DNA of 64,000 nucleotides from Ministeria vibrans ATCC 50519. Its lineage: Eukaryota > Protista > Filasterea. Positions 49,244-60,088 of the stretch are shown piece by piece; the first letter of the stretch is position 1; each line of letters starts with the position of its first letter. The translations under genes and the position numbers were made by a program. The stretch is from positions 65,872 to 129,871 of the forward strand of contig CALSCP010000733.1 of NCBI GenBank assembly GCA_943704425.1, read 5' to 3'. The notes beneath the pieces are model-generated. The model was given only the letters and a program-made list of their open reading frames with translations, had not been told where the DNA came from and did not search any database.

Positions 49244-51259
49244 TCAAACCGCAGTGTACTCGTCCTCACTCAGCAGCCCTTCTTCATCTGTATCCACTCC
49301 CCCACACATCTCCATTTCTCCTTTCTCTTCTTCTGTTTCTTCTCCACACTCCATTTCCATTTCTGAATCGTACTTCTCGTTCTGTTCTCGTTCGTCCGTT
49401 CGCTCTGTCCGCTCGATAGTCTCCTCCTCTTTCTCGCTTACACTCTCTTCTTTTTCTTCTTTTTCTTCTTCTCTTTCTTCTTCTCTCTCACTCTCTTCTT
49501 TTCTCTCTTCTTCTTCTTTTGCGCACTCCTCTCTCTCTTCGCTCTCTCTCTCCACTTCCATTTCCTCTCTCTGATCTTCCTTCTCACTCATATCCTCTTT
49601 TTCTTCTTCCTTTTCCCTTACTTCTTGTTCTTCTGTTGATTCCTCCGTCTCTGTCTCTCTCAACTCACTCTCACCCTCGTCTCGTTGTTCCTTTTTCTCT
49701 TCCCTTTCATCACCCCCTCTCTCTTCCGTATCTCTCACTTGATCTGCCTCAGTGTCCGTCTCAGTCTTTTGTTCCTTTTCAGTCGCACTTGTTTCTTCCA
49801 CCTCAGTTACTTGCTCCTTCTCAGTCGTTTCTTGTTCCTCCGTCTCAGTCGTATTTGTTTCTTCCACCTGAGTTACTTGATCCTTCTCAGTCGCTTCTTG
49901 TTCCTCCGTCTCAGTCGCATTTGTTTCTTCCACCTCAGTTACTTGCTCCTTCTCAGTCGTTTCTTGTTCCTCCGTCTCAGTCGTATTTGTTTCTTCCACC
50001 TGAGTTACTTGATCCTTCTCAGTCGCTTCTTGTTCCTCCGTCTCAGTCGTATTTGTTTCTTCCACCTGAGTTACTTGATCCTTCTCAGTCGCTTCTTGTT
50101 CCTCCGTCTCAGCCGTCTCCGTCTCTGTCTGTCCCTGCGTCTCGCCACTCTCTTCCCCTCCTTCCTCATCACTCTCATCACTGCTCTCCTCATCCAACGA
50201 GAACCCCATCTCCTTCATCTTCGCGTGCTCCCCAACCAGCCGCAGCGTCGCCATTGCCTCCCGTCGTGTCAGCTCGCTCACCCGTCCCCCCTGTCGATCG
50301 TCCTCCTCATCCTCCCCCTCGCTGTCGTCGTCCTCTGTCAGCAGTCGCACAAGAGTCTCGGTGACGCCCTCCGTCGCTAGAGCGGCGCGTGCTGCAGGAA
50401 GCACTGCCAGACTGCGCAACGTCGCCGTCACATTCTCGAGCGTACCGCTGTTTGCGCTAGGATCAGCGGCGAGTCCGACCAACGCCGGACAACTGTTGAG
50501 CCGCAGCAGCGCCTCCTTGTTGTCGCGGTTGTGAAACAATAGAGACGAGAGTAGTCCTGAAGCGCTCTCGCGAGCGCGCGGTTCGCTCAGCAGCGGGAGC
50601 AGATGGCGGAGAGCACCCGCATTGACAATGTTCACCTTGTTCGCCGGTGAGTAGGCGAGCGACCACAGAGCGTGCGCACTGTGCGCCTTGAGCACCTCGC
50701 TTGAGGCTGCTTCCTCAAGGACATCGACAAACACGGGAATGCCCCCCATGATGACAATGGCCGAGCGCGTCTCCGGCTGGCCCGTTGCCAGGTTCGCCAG
50801 GCACGCCGCACACGCCTCCTGGCACGCCAGCGTCCGTCTCTTCTGCACGTTCTGCACGTTACGCAAGAGCCCCTTGAGACCGCCCGCCTGCACAATCCGT
50901 TGCTTTCCCATCGTGTTGCCCACAGACATGTTGCACAGCGCCGCGGAAGCACTCGTAGCCGCCGCATTGTCGGCACATTCAACGAGGAACACGAGCGACT
51001 CAACGGCCGACAAAAGCAGTCGTCGGATGGCGTCCCGGTCGCCCCCGCACTCCGCCGTCTTCAAAAGACACCGCAACGCCTCGGCAGCAGCCCCCTGCAC
51101 CTTGCGCACGCGCCCTCGACGCACCAGCGACGTGAGCAGCTCTCCATGCGAAACTTCAAACTCCGTCGCATCAAACTCCCGAAGCAGCTCGTCAACTGCC
51201 TCCTCCGAGAGCTTTCGGGTTGCCAATAGCTCTGCGCACAGCGCTTCTACTCGACTCAT
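49244..51259 (-). CDS. Armadillo-repeat protein with long Glu/Thr-rich C-terminal tail (intronless)
   Basis: ARM-type helices (ASAALCNMS...IVQAGGL, AACLANLA...GGIPVFV, AHALWSLA...NAGAL) followed by an acidic low-complexity tail. Confidence 0.85.
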   Translation of the reverse strand: MSRVEALCAELLATRKLSEEAVDELLREFDATEFEVSHGELLTSLVRRGRVRKVQGAAAEALRCLLKTAECGGDRDAIRRLLLSAVESLVFLVECADNAAATSASAALCNMSVGNTMGKQRIVQAGGLKGLLRNVQNVQKRRTLACQEACAACLANLATGQPETRSAIVIMGGIPVFVDVLEEAASSEVLKAHSAHALWSLAYSPANKVNIVNAGALRHLLPLLSEPRARESASGLLSSLLFHNRDNKEALLRLNSCPALVGLAADPSANSGTLENVTATLRSLAVLPAARAALATEGVTETLVRLLTEDDDSEGEDEEDDRQGGRVSELTRREAMATLRLVGEHAKMKEMGFSLDEESSDESDEEGGEESGETQGQTETETAETEEQEATEKDQVTQVEETNTTETEEQEATEKDQVTQVEETNTTETEEQETTEKEQVTEVEETNATETEEQEATEKDQVTQVEETNTTETEEQETTEKEQVTEVEETSATEKEQKTETDTEADQVRDTEERGGDEREEKKEQRDEGESELRETETEESTEEQEVREKEEEKEDMSEKEDQREEMEVERESEEREECAKEEEERKEESEREEEREEEKEEKEESVSEKEEETIERTERTDEREQNEKYDSEMEMECGEETEEEKGEMEMCGGVDTDEEGLLSEDEYTAV
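49778..50112 (-). repeat. Coding minisatellite, five copies of 66 bp (TETEEQEATEKDQVTQVEETNT and variants)
   Basis: Directly visible in DNA and translation; two unit variants. Confidence 0.92.
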
Positions 51260-51733
51260 AGTGCGATATTTCAAGAGAAAATTTGTTTTTGAAAATCTGT
51301 GATTTTTGTTTGCAATTTTAAAAAACACTTTGCTTTCAAGTGACTCAATCGACTCTCAATTGAACCCCAATCGACAGTTCTACAAGGCCGTCCAGACGGA
51401 TACAGTGATGCATAATGCGCCACTGCATGAGGCTGCAGACGCGAGTCCTGCTCAATGGCACGGGACACAGCACAACGAACGACACTTCAGTCAGACTCGC
51501 TTCATTTTCTGACTGAGTTTGTTTTATATATAAGTAAACGGCAGATTTGCATCATTTAGTCTCATGGCATACGTCGTACTGGCGTTAGTAGTGGCACCAC
51601 CACCCTCACTCCCTCAGAAGTGAACCGACTTATTCGACCATCAGAATACGTCAAACCGCAGATGTTGTACAAAACGAGTTTTTCAGATCGTCAAAAAGTG
51701 GCGCATTTCATTCACTTTTTTTTTTCCGTCTCA

Positions 51734-52288
51734 ATGAGTGTTCAAGAGCTCTCGTCGAAGGCCATCGCGCGTGGCCAGGTTATCTACGATACGTACCGTC
51801 CGCTTGGAACGCACGCCAGCTTTGATCAGATCACAGACGAGGAAATTGCGGCGATTGGTGGTCGACAAAAGTTTCTCGACATGTTTACGAACTTTTACAC
51901 GAAAATGTTCGCTGACGAGCGCATGCGCGTGCTGTTTGACATGCGCCACAGCGACGTCAATGTGCCTCCTGAAGATCACGGCAGACGCCTTGGCTTGTTT
52001 ATGCTTGCGCGGTTCGCTGGCGACACTGAATACCGAATGTTGCGCGGGAACGTCTTTTCGCGACTTGGCGAAGCGCACCACCGCGCTCGAGGGTGTCCTA
52101 TGCGCACCGCAGCGCACCAGGGACGCCAATTTACACTTGCCCAGCGCAACACATGGCTCGGCTACCAGGAGCAAGTCCTCATCGAGGCAGGCGCGGACGC
52201 CAAGTTCCAAGCGAAAATGCTCAAGTTGTACGCTGGCTATGCGATGCCCTTTATCGAGGCTGGCAAAGCGTGGCTCAAGGATGACTAA
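51734..52288 (+). CDS. Truncated (2/2) hemoglobin, group II-like, intronless
   Basis: IGG motif, B9-B10 FY (TNFY), CD1 Phe (RVLF), proximal His in LGEAHH, G8 Trp in RNTWL. Confidence 0.8.
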   Translation: MSVQELSSKAIARGQVIYDTYRPLGTHASFDQITDEEIAAIGGRQKFLDMFTNFYTKMFADERMRVLFDMRHSDVNVPPEDHGRRLGLFMLARFAGDTEYRMLRGNVFSRLGEAHHRARGCPMRTAAHQGRQFTLAQRNTWLGYQEQVLIEAGADAKFQAKMLKLYAGYAMPFIEAGKAWLKDD

Positions 52289-52346
52289 TGGCAGGGTCTC
52301 TCAAGAGTAAAATGTACCAATGCAGTGTTACAATAATAAAATCCAA

Positions 52347-53851
52347 TCACCTGCGCTTCTTCTTCTTCTTCTTGTTCGTCTGGCTGCCTTGCTGCGCGGT
52401 CGCTGGTGCTGCGCTAGGTGCATCGCTGCTTCCAGCCGGCCCCGACGCGGCTACAGAGTCATCTAATCTTGGTTCTATTTCAGTCTCAGTTGCAATCTCA
52501 GCCTCAGTCTCAGCCTCAGTCTCAGTCGCAGCCTCGGTCGCAGTCTCAGTCGCAGCCTCAGTCTCAGTCTCAGTCTCAGCCTCAGTCTCAGCCTCAGTCT
52601 CAGTCGCAGCCTCGGTCGCAGTCTCAGTCGCAGCCCCAGTCTCAGCCTCAGTCTTAGTCGCAGCCTCAGCCTCAGTCTCAGTCTCAGTCGCAATCTCAGC
52701 CTCAGTCTCAGTCGCAGTTTCAATCTCAGTCTCAGTCGCAGTTTCAATCTCAGTCGTAGTCTCCATAATAGTGTCCGGCTCAGTCTCAGTCGCAGTCTCA
52801 GGCAGAGACGTCGTCTCAATCTCCGTGGAACTCTCAGTCTCCGTGGTAGTCTCAGGCTCACTTTTAGCAGCCACAGTCTCGGGCTCAGCCGCCATCTCAA
52901 TCGTCTCTACCTCGGTTTTGGACTCAGTCGTCGTCTCAGTCGTCGTCTCAGTCGTCTCCGGCTCAGTTTCAGTCGCCGTCTCAGTCTCAGTCGTCTCACC
53001 CGCGCCGAGCCTAATCTCTGTCGCAGTCTCCATCACTTCAGTCTCCTTACTCACCTCATGCGAGCCATCGTCCGCTGTGTCAGCTTTTGACTCAGCCACA
53101 ACAGCAGCTTCCGTCGACTCAAACTCTGCTGCAATCCCCGCCTCAGTCGCATCCTGCATCTCAACCTCAAGCTCGCTGAGGGTCTCAGGCTCCACATCTG
53201 GCTCAGGCTCAACCTCGGGCTGCGGCTCGGCCTCCTTGGTCGCTTCCGCCTCGGCTCCCATGTCCCGTTCAGTCGCACTAGCACCCGTCCCACTCTCACT
53301 CCGGCTCTTCTCCTCCTCGTCGTCGTCGTCGTCGTCGTCATCCTTCGGCACAACCACAAGGGACGTCGCACGAGCGTACTCCTGTGGGTATTGCAAGGCC
53401 AGTTTTTGCTTGACAAGCCTAAGCGAGAGCGGACTGTGAGCGACGAGCGGCCCCAAAACACAAAACACAAAACACTCCCCACTCCGCGCTCTCACCGTAT
53501 CCGTCGAAAAATCGAGTCTAGATCCTTTTTGGCACTCTGCAGCACCTCTGTGTAGTGATGAAAGCGAGGCGCCAGGCGGGCATAGTGCGCGTCGGTAATG
53601 TCCACAAACATTTCCATCTTGGCAATCGTCCGCTCGTACCGCCCAAGCCTGCAATACACAGAGCAAAAGGGGGCCCGGGGGGGTCAAACAAAGGGCACAA
53701 TGGCACAGGTGGCAGCTTACGCTCGAGCCTGGTCGCGCCGGATGTCGCCGACAACAGAATGATCAACAAACTCACAACAGCGACGAGCGAGAACGCGCGC
53801 GGCACCAGGAATCTCCGTGGGAGTCGGTGGTGTACGGGGATCTGTCGACAT
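52347..53851 (-). CDS. KXD1: KxDL-domain protein (BORC/BLOC-1-associated) with long acidic E/T/A repeat tail; three exons
   Basis: Spliced from the ATG at 53851: ...LQSAKKDLDSIFRRIRLVKQKLALQYPQEY, the KxDL family signature. Confidence 0.85.
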
Positions 53852-54184
53852 GGTCAAACCAAACTGTGAAGATTTCTTGAATTAAGAATAATTTTCAATT
53901 TTCTCATTACTCGTCGTATAGTCAATTGAGTTCACTTCTCATTTCCAGACATCCATGTGCGTCACCCTCCATATCCTTTTCCGCAACTACATCGAGAACC
54001 CCGTTCCCAACTCTCTATTCAGTGAGAGTATTCACTTGCTCTAACCACACCAACAACAACAACAGCAACAACAATAACAACAACAACAACACACACACAA
54101 CGGACTGCCTCCATATCCTGTTGACGCATTAAACCCAAACAAAAAAGAAAAAGAACCTGTACATTCACTCAGTCACTCGATTGT

Positions 54185-54830
54185 TCACCAAAAGGCACAC
54201 CAGCCAATGAAACACTGACAGAGGTTCTCCATCGACGTCGCCTGAATGATCAGCCGGTCCACCTGCGTCGGCACGTCCAACGTATCGTCCGTGTCAAAGT
54301 CACGACCTAAACACAAGGAAATCAACCAATGCACAATCAGTCGCTTTCGTTCGTACCCGTCAACTTGGCCTGAACTCGATTGATGACACTCACAGCCTTC
54401 TCATTGAGCGCCTCGGGCTTGACCGCAGAGCGTGACTCCATTGCAGCAACACTATGTGAATGCAGATTGGACGTACTACTGTGCACACTGCTCGACGGCG
54501 ACTCTTCCACACTGCTCGACGGACTTACTCCCCCTCCTACGCCACCACCACCACCACCACCTCCTCCTCCTCCCATCGCACTGGCAATGGTGCGACTGCT
54601 CACACTCGCACTAGCCCCTCCACCTCCATGGTGGTCCATCAGCGACGTCACAGGCGACTCCTCATCCCCAAGTAGTGTTGTCTCTCCCTCAAATGTGCTC
54701 GCGCTCTTGGCCCCCTTTCCTCCCTTAATCACCTACAACACACACACACACACACACACACACATCTGGTCAACACACACACACATACACACACGCACAC
54801 ACACACACACACACATACACACACGCACAC

Positions 54831-54877
<47 letters not shown>

Positions 54878-55726
54878 TACAGCAACTTATATCTTCTACC
54901 TTCGTCTTGGTAGTCTCAAGCAGACGCCAGTTGATCAGCGGGTCGTACACAAAGGCCTCCAGCACGGCCATGAGCGAGTCTTTGTGTGCGCGCAGCAGTC
55001 GCATCACAGACTCACACGTCACGCGGTAGTTTCCTTCAATCCCACTCACTTCCATTGCGTTGATCAGCATCCGCGTCAGTCGGAACGGAATCCGCTCAGG
55101 GAATTTGTCTCGATGCATCGCCACTTCAAAGCTGAAAAACACAAAAGAAATAAAAAAACCCCCCGTGTTAAAACACTCCTCTATTTGTGTGTAGTATTCT
55201 TACCAGTCACCAAAATCAATGTGAAGAATCTTCCCACTGAACCGATCAAGCATAAGATTGCTGGGATGGCGATCGCCCAATCCCAAAATGTACCCAACCA
55301 TCGACATAACCGCAAGCGACCGAGTGTAGTTGAGACGACGGTCCAACCACACCTGAGCAGCAGAGGAGAAAAAAAAAAAAAGTCGATTAGCGGCGCTGGT
55401 TAATTTTTTTGTTTGTTTTGTGTGTGTTTTCACCTCTGAGTTGGGACTCTTGAGCCACAAGACTTTGTACAAATCGCGTCCCTTTGTGTTATCAAGTGCA
55501 TGGCGGAAAACCTCAATCTTCTGGGGCACCGTCAGCTTGTCATACTCGGGTGCCATCTGCAGCATGAGACGATGCTCAATGTTCAGCAAAATCTTGCGCT
55601 GTTCACGGTAATCGCGAATGAGAGCATGCAGGGTATCGTGCCCCGGAACCCACCCCAGCAGACCCGAGTTGGGCGACAGTGGAATCACACTGTATGTCCG
55701 GATGCTCAAATGATGTTTGATCGTCT
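54185..55726 (-). CDS. TOR: TOR kinase, 3' fragment only (most of the kinase domain, insert and FATC)
   Basis: [83 protein letters not shown]; FATC ends [14 protein letters not shown]. No HEAT/FAT/FRB coding sequence upstream. Confidence 0.93.
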
Positions 55727-55792
55727 CTACACAAGTAAACGCGCGTCAACACACACGCACACACCACAACTACAAAAACACCACACACAGAG

Positions 55793-55823
<31 letters not shown>

Positions 55824-56108
55824 GAGATGTAACGAGGAATGAGATATTGGGGAGGAAAGGGGCATCTGAGAGTTTCGGAGGGGGGGATGATGGTGTGGAT
55901 GGATGGAGGAGTGCGGGAACAGAGCGCTGGGGCTTGGACGGTGCGACGGTCGAGAGTGGAGCGACGGTTTTTTTTCTTCTTTTTTGGTCTCGACATCGAC
56001 TGAGCGGGAGAAGATAGGGCGAATACAATGGAGGGGAGGGGTGGAGAGGCGTGCAGGCGATGAAACGCGGGGTGGGCCAGTGGGAGGAAGGGGCGGGGGT
56101 GGCCGTAC

Positions 56109-56228
56109 GGTCGTGTCGGAGCAGGTGCCTTGGTTTTGACATGGGGTTGAGTCGCACTCTTGCGCCTGGCCAACTCCAGCGAGGACGCCAAGCAGCACGA
56201 GCACAAGGAGGCCACTTCGGGAGACCAT
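56109..56228 (-). CDS. Orphan first exon of a secreted EGF-domain protein (remaining exons not found)
   Basis: MVSRSGLLVLVLLGVLAGVGQAQECDSTPCQNQGTCSDTT, then a GTACGG donor; only three of the six EGF cysteines are present. Confidence 0.7.
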
Positions 56229-56506
56229 GGACGCGCTTTCGAGGGTCGACGTAAGAGAATTTGTGAGTCAGTACTCAGTTCAAACGACAACAAGACCAAC
56301 TTAAAACTTCAATCAGTCGTTTGTCACAGTTTTCTATTTGCCCATTTGTGGAAGAAGAGAAGGAGCAAACAAGAACAGATTTCACAAGAACTGAGAAGTG
56401 CACATGCCTGCCAGACAACAGACTGACTCAATGGTCATTGACCAATCCTGACTCGTTTGTAATGAGGTTGTGAGTGAGATGTAAATTATTATAATATTGA
56501 TTTTTC

Positions 56507-58004
56507 TTAATTGACATGGTCTTTTGGCTCATTATTCGCCACAACATCTGCCTCATCATCATCGTCATTATTATCATCAGCATCAGCAGCAGCAGCAGCA
56601 GCAACAGTAGTAGTAGTAGTAGTACGCGCTTTTTTACGCACATCCATTTCCTCTTCTTCCTCTTCTTCTTCGTCGTCATCATCGTCGTCGCGACGTCTCT
56701 TCCCTGTCGTCCCTTGCTCTTCTCCTCCCTCTCCCTCCTCTCCATCGTCATTCGTCAACACCAGGTTCTGTGCCGCCTCAACCTGCTCGCCAAGAAGACG
56801 CTCCTCCTCGGCCGACTTGAGCGCGTGTTCCTTCTTGAGCGTCGACGACGACTCACGCGCGAGGCGCAACGTGTACGCATTGTGTGTCTTGGGTGCATAG
56901 AAGATGCGCGGCTCGTCAGCGAGTCGAATGTACATCTCGGAACTAGCGAGGGTCGCACGGTGCGTCTGCCAGACCCCGTGCAGCGTTCGCAGCTGCTCGG
57001 TGGCCTGCAGTGCCTTGAGCTTGGCCACCGTCTCACGTCGCTTGGCAATCAGATCGCGTCGATGACGCGCCGCCGAGGCATCCTCTTCGCGAATGCGCTC
57101 TTGCGCCTTTTCTGCCATTGAGTTGCGACGTTGCACTGTCTCCGTCACCGTCTTGGCTTCGTCACGCGCCTGAGTCAGAGTACCCATGAGCATCCCAAGC
57201 ATACGACGGTTGCGACGCGAGTCTCCAGGTGCCGCAGCACGTCCACGTTCAAGCCGCTTCTCGCGGTCCATCGACGTCTCGCCTTCCTCGCGCTTCGCTT
57301 CGCGCGTACTCCTTGCAGCCTTTTTCGCATCATCTTCGTCCTTGCTTGCACCCTCCGCGGTCGTTGCTCCCTCCACGGTGGTAGATTCATCGTCATCGTG
57401 AACGCGCATCACAACGCTACTCACTCTCTTGCTCATGTCCATGTTGTTGTTGGTGTGCGAAACGCCGCGACGGTCAGCATGTCGCGCCGGGGGCGGTGAT
57501 CTGCTGCGCCTGCGACCCTCTCGCTCGCCGTAGCGTCCACCAATTGGTGCATAGCTGTTGGGTCCATCGTTGTACTGTGAGCGTCGGCGTTCTCGATCGC
57601 CATCGCGTCGGTCTGAAGCGAACGGTCGGTCCGACATCAATCCGCGCGCGTCCGACGACTGCACTGGCGCACCGGAGCGCCGATCGCCCAATCGCCGTTG
57701 GAGCGACGACGACAACTGTTTCTCATAGATGCCAAACTGGCTAGGATCCACGCGCTTCTCGGGGACGGGCGGCGGTGCGTCGCGACGAGGTTTCCTGTTT
57801 GAGGACAGAGGAGAGAGAAAAAAGAAAACGGAAAGACAAAAAAAAAAAAAAAAGAACAGAAGGAAAGACATTAGAGGCGAAAGGGAGAGCACCGCGCCGG
57901 TGGAAGGGCAGCACGGGGATCCAGAGAGGGGAGAGAGGCACGTACGGTCCGAGTTCCGCGTCAACTTCTCGAAGTTGTTCGCGGAGTCTCTCAATGTCTT
58001 CCAT
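56507..58004 (-). CDS. PNN: Pinin/SDK/MemA-domain splicing-associated protein (two exons)
   Basis: RRNRRMLGMLMGTLTQ and YIRLADEPRIFYAP are pinin-family motifs; RS-rich segment RRRSRSP. Confidence 0.8.
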
Positions 58005-58338
58005 GGGCCGGGCAGCGTCCACCAAGTCGAATCAGAACGACAGAAGCACCACAGGGGAGTGTGCGGCGCAGAGGGTAAGAGCTAAGAAGAAAGTAAACTA
58101 AAACTAATTACTAACTCATACGTCTATTTGTTCCGATCAGTGACTAAAGTAATCTTTTCCACTTGGAGTGCCTGTGTACGTAGCTGAAGGCACTTCACAT
58201 TTCACAAGTCACAACACCATGTCAAACTCGATAGATAGTCGAAATCGCGTAAGAGAAGAAGAAGAAGAAAGAGCGGAAATGTGTTGCGCCTGCTCGAGTG
58301 TGGCCGTTGGAGGGGTGGTGTGGTGCGTCGTTGTGAGG

Positions 58339-58917
58339 ATGGCTGGTGTGCGACGGCCCGCCGCATCCGACGTGGGGCCACTCGCTCTGTTTTGCATTGG
58401 GTGTTTTGGTCGTTTTGCCTTTCACTCGGGAAACCTCAGCTGAACGCAGGCGCACAGGCCGCGCTGCCCGTGGGTCGCCTGCCTGCGGGCTCTGTGCGGC
58501 GTGTCGTACCCTTGATAACGAGGTGTCATCTGCTTTCGATTGCGGTTGATCGTTTTTTTTTCATTTTTCATTTTTCCTGTGTCATTTTTGAACCCCGAAC
58601 GTTTGTCTTGTCGGTGGGAGGGCGAATGGAGGAGGGTACGCAGGCGACTGACACTTGCACGGGGCTGGGTGTGTGTCTGGGGTGTAGATCTGGCTGACGC
58701 TGGACCAGAAGGTCCCGCTGTATCCGGGAGACCGAGTGAGTGGCGTTGTGCATCTCGACTGTCAGGTGTCCTTCTCCGCTCGCGGCATTCTCGTCAAGTT
58801 CAAGGGCTTTGAGCGCGGCCAGTGGGAGGAGAAGTTTAAAGAGAAGGTTGAGGATCGCACGGTGGAGCGCATTCGCATTCACAAGGTATGAGACAATAAG
58901 GAGAGACAGTGTGTGTT

Positions 58918-58950
<33 letters not shown>

Positions 58951-59385
58951 TAAGGTACGTTTGCCAACATGTAGGAGAGCAACGATCTGTTCCGGTCCGT
59001 TCTCAATGTCTATCCTTGCTCGGGTGTCATTGACGCTGGTCAGTACGAATTTCCCTTCAACTTTACACTTCCATCAAAGCTCCCCGGTATGAAAGAGGGA
59101 GAGACGAAAAGAACGTTTGATTTGAGTTTTTATATATTGCTGATGAGGTTGTTTCTTAGGAGTGTTCTGTGAAACAAGCAGTGACGCATGGGGTACTGGC
59201 AAAGGATGGGAAGCCAAAGTAAAAAATACAATAAAATAAGAAACCTCGTTCTTGATGCTTTTTGTTTTAGGTGTTGTACAAAGTGAAGGCGTGTGCTGAC
59301 GTCTCTTTCAAGTCGACTCTCAAACACACTCGTAAGACAGAGAGAAAGAAAGAAAGAGGAAGGAGGAGGGAGAAAGAAACAAAGC

Positions 59386-59423
<38 letters not shown>

Positions 59424-60001
59424 CTACAGATTGTTTTTGACTAACGTGTCGCTTGGTGTTGTTCTTCTTTTTGTGTGATTCAGTGAAATTGGTTGTGCGT
59501 GAGCCTATTGGGGGTACTGAAGGTCCATCGGCTGAAGGTGCAAAGTCCTTTTTGACTGGATCTGGAAAAATGATGCTCAGGATTTGGCAGGGTAAGAGAT
59601 AAGGAGGATGGAGAGAAACTAACCCTAACCCTATCTCAAATGACCCCTGGCCACAGACAAACCGGCATACTCCTCTGGCTCTACTGCCATCTTGCGCATT
59701 CAAGCAAACAACACTGGCACCAACAAACCAAAGAAGCTCAAAATTGGTGTCTTCCGAAAACTCACTGTCAATCCAAACGGCAAGAAAATGGTTCGCGAAC
59801 AAAAGGTAATGAAAAACAGTTTTTAATAATATTATCATTATAATAATATTATTATTCTTATAATTATCAGTACTGTTGGTGTTATGCTAACTGACAAACA
59901 TTGTGTGTAAAGGTTTACGAGCAAGTTTACGCGGGATTTGGACCACTTTTCTTTGGACTCCGTTACATTCCTTACACTGTTCCTCTCACTGCTCTCCCTT
60001 C

Positions 60002-60088
<87 letters not shown>

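Noticed and set aside
52288-53439. 383-aa Ser/Val-rich plus-strand ORF, and similar ORFs at 49519-50380
   Set aside because: Antisense shadows of the E/T-rich coding repeats on the minus strand.
53518-53805. ORF with an apparent signal peptide (MPRAFSLVAVVSLL...)
   Set aside because: GTG start in an alternative frame of KXD1 exons 1-2; the KxDL frame carries the family signature.
59618-59634. Telomere-like CTAACCCTAACCCTA
   Set aside because: Only about two units inside a short intron; compatible with chance or a branch-point-like CTAAC.
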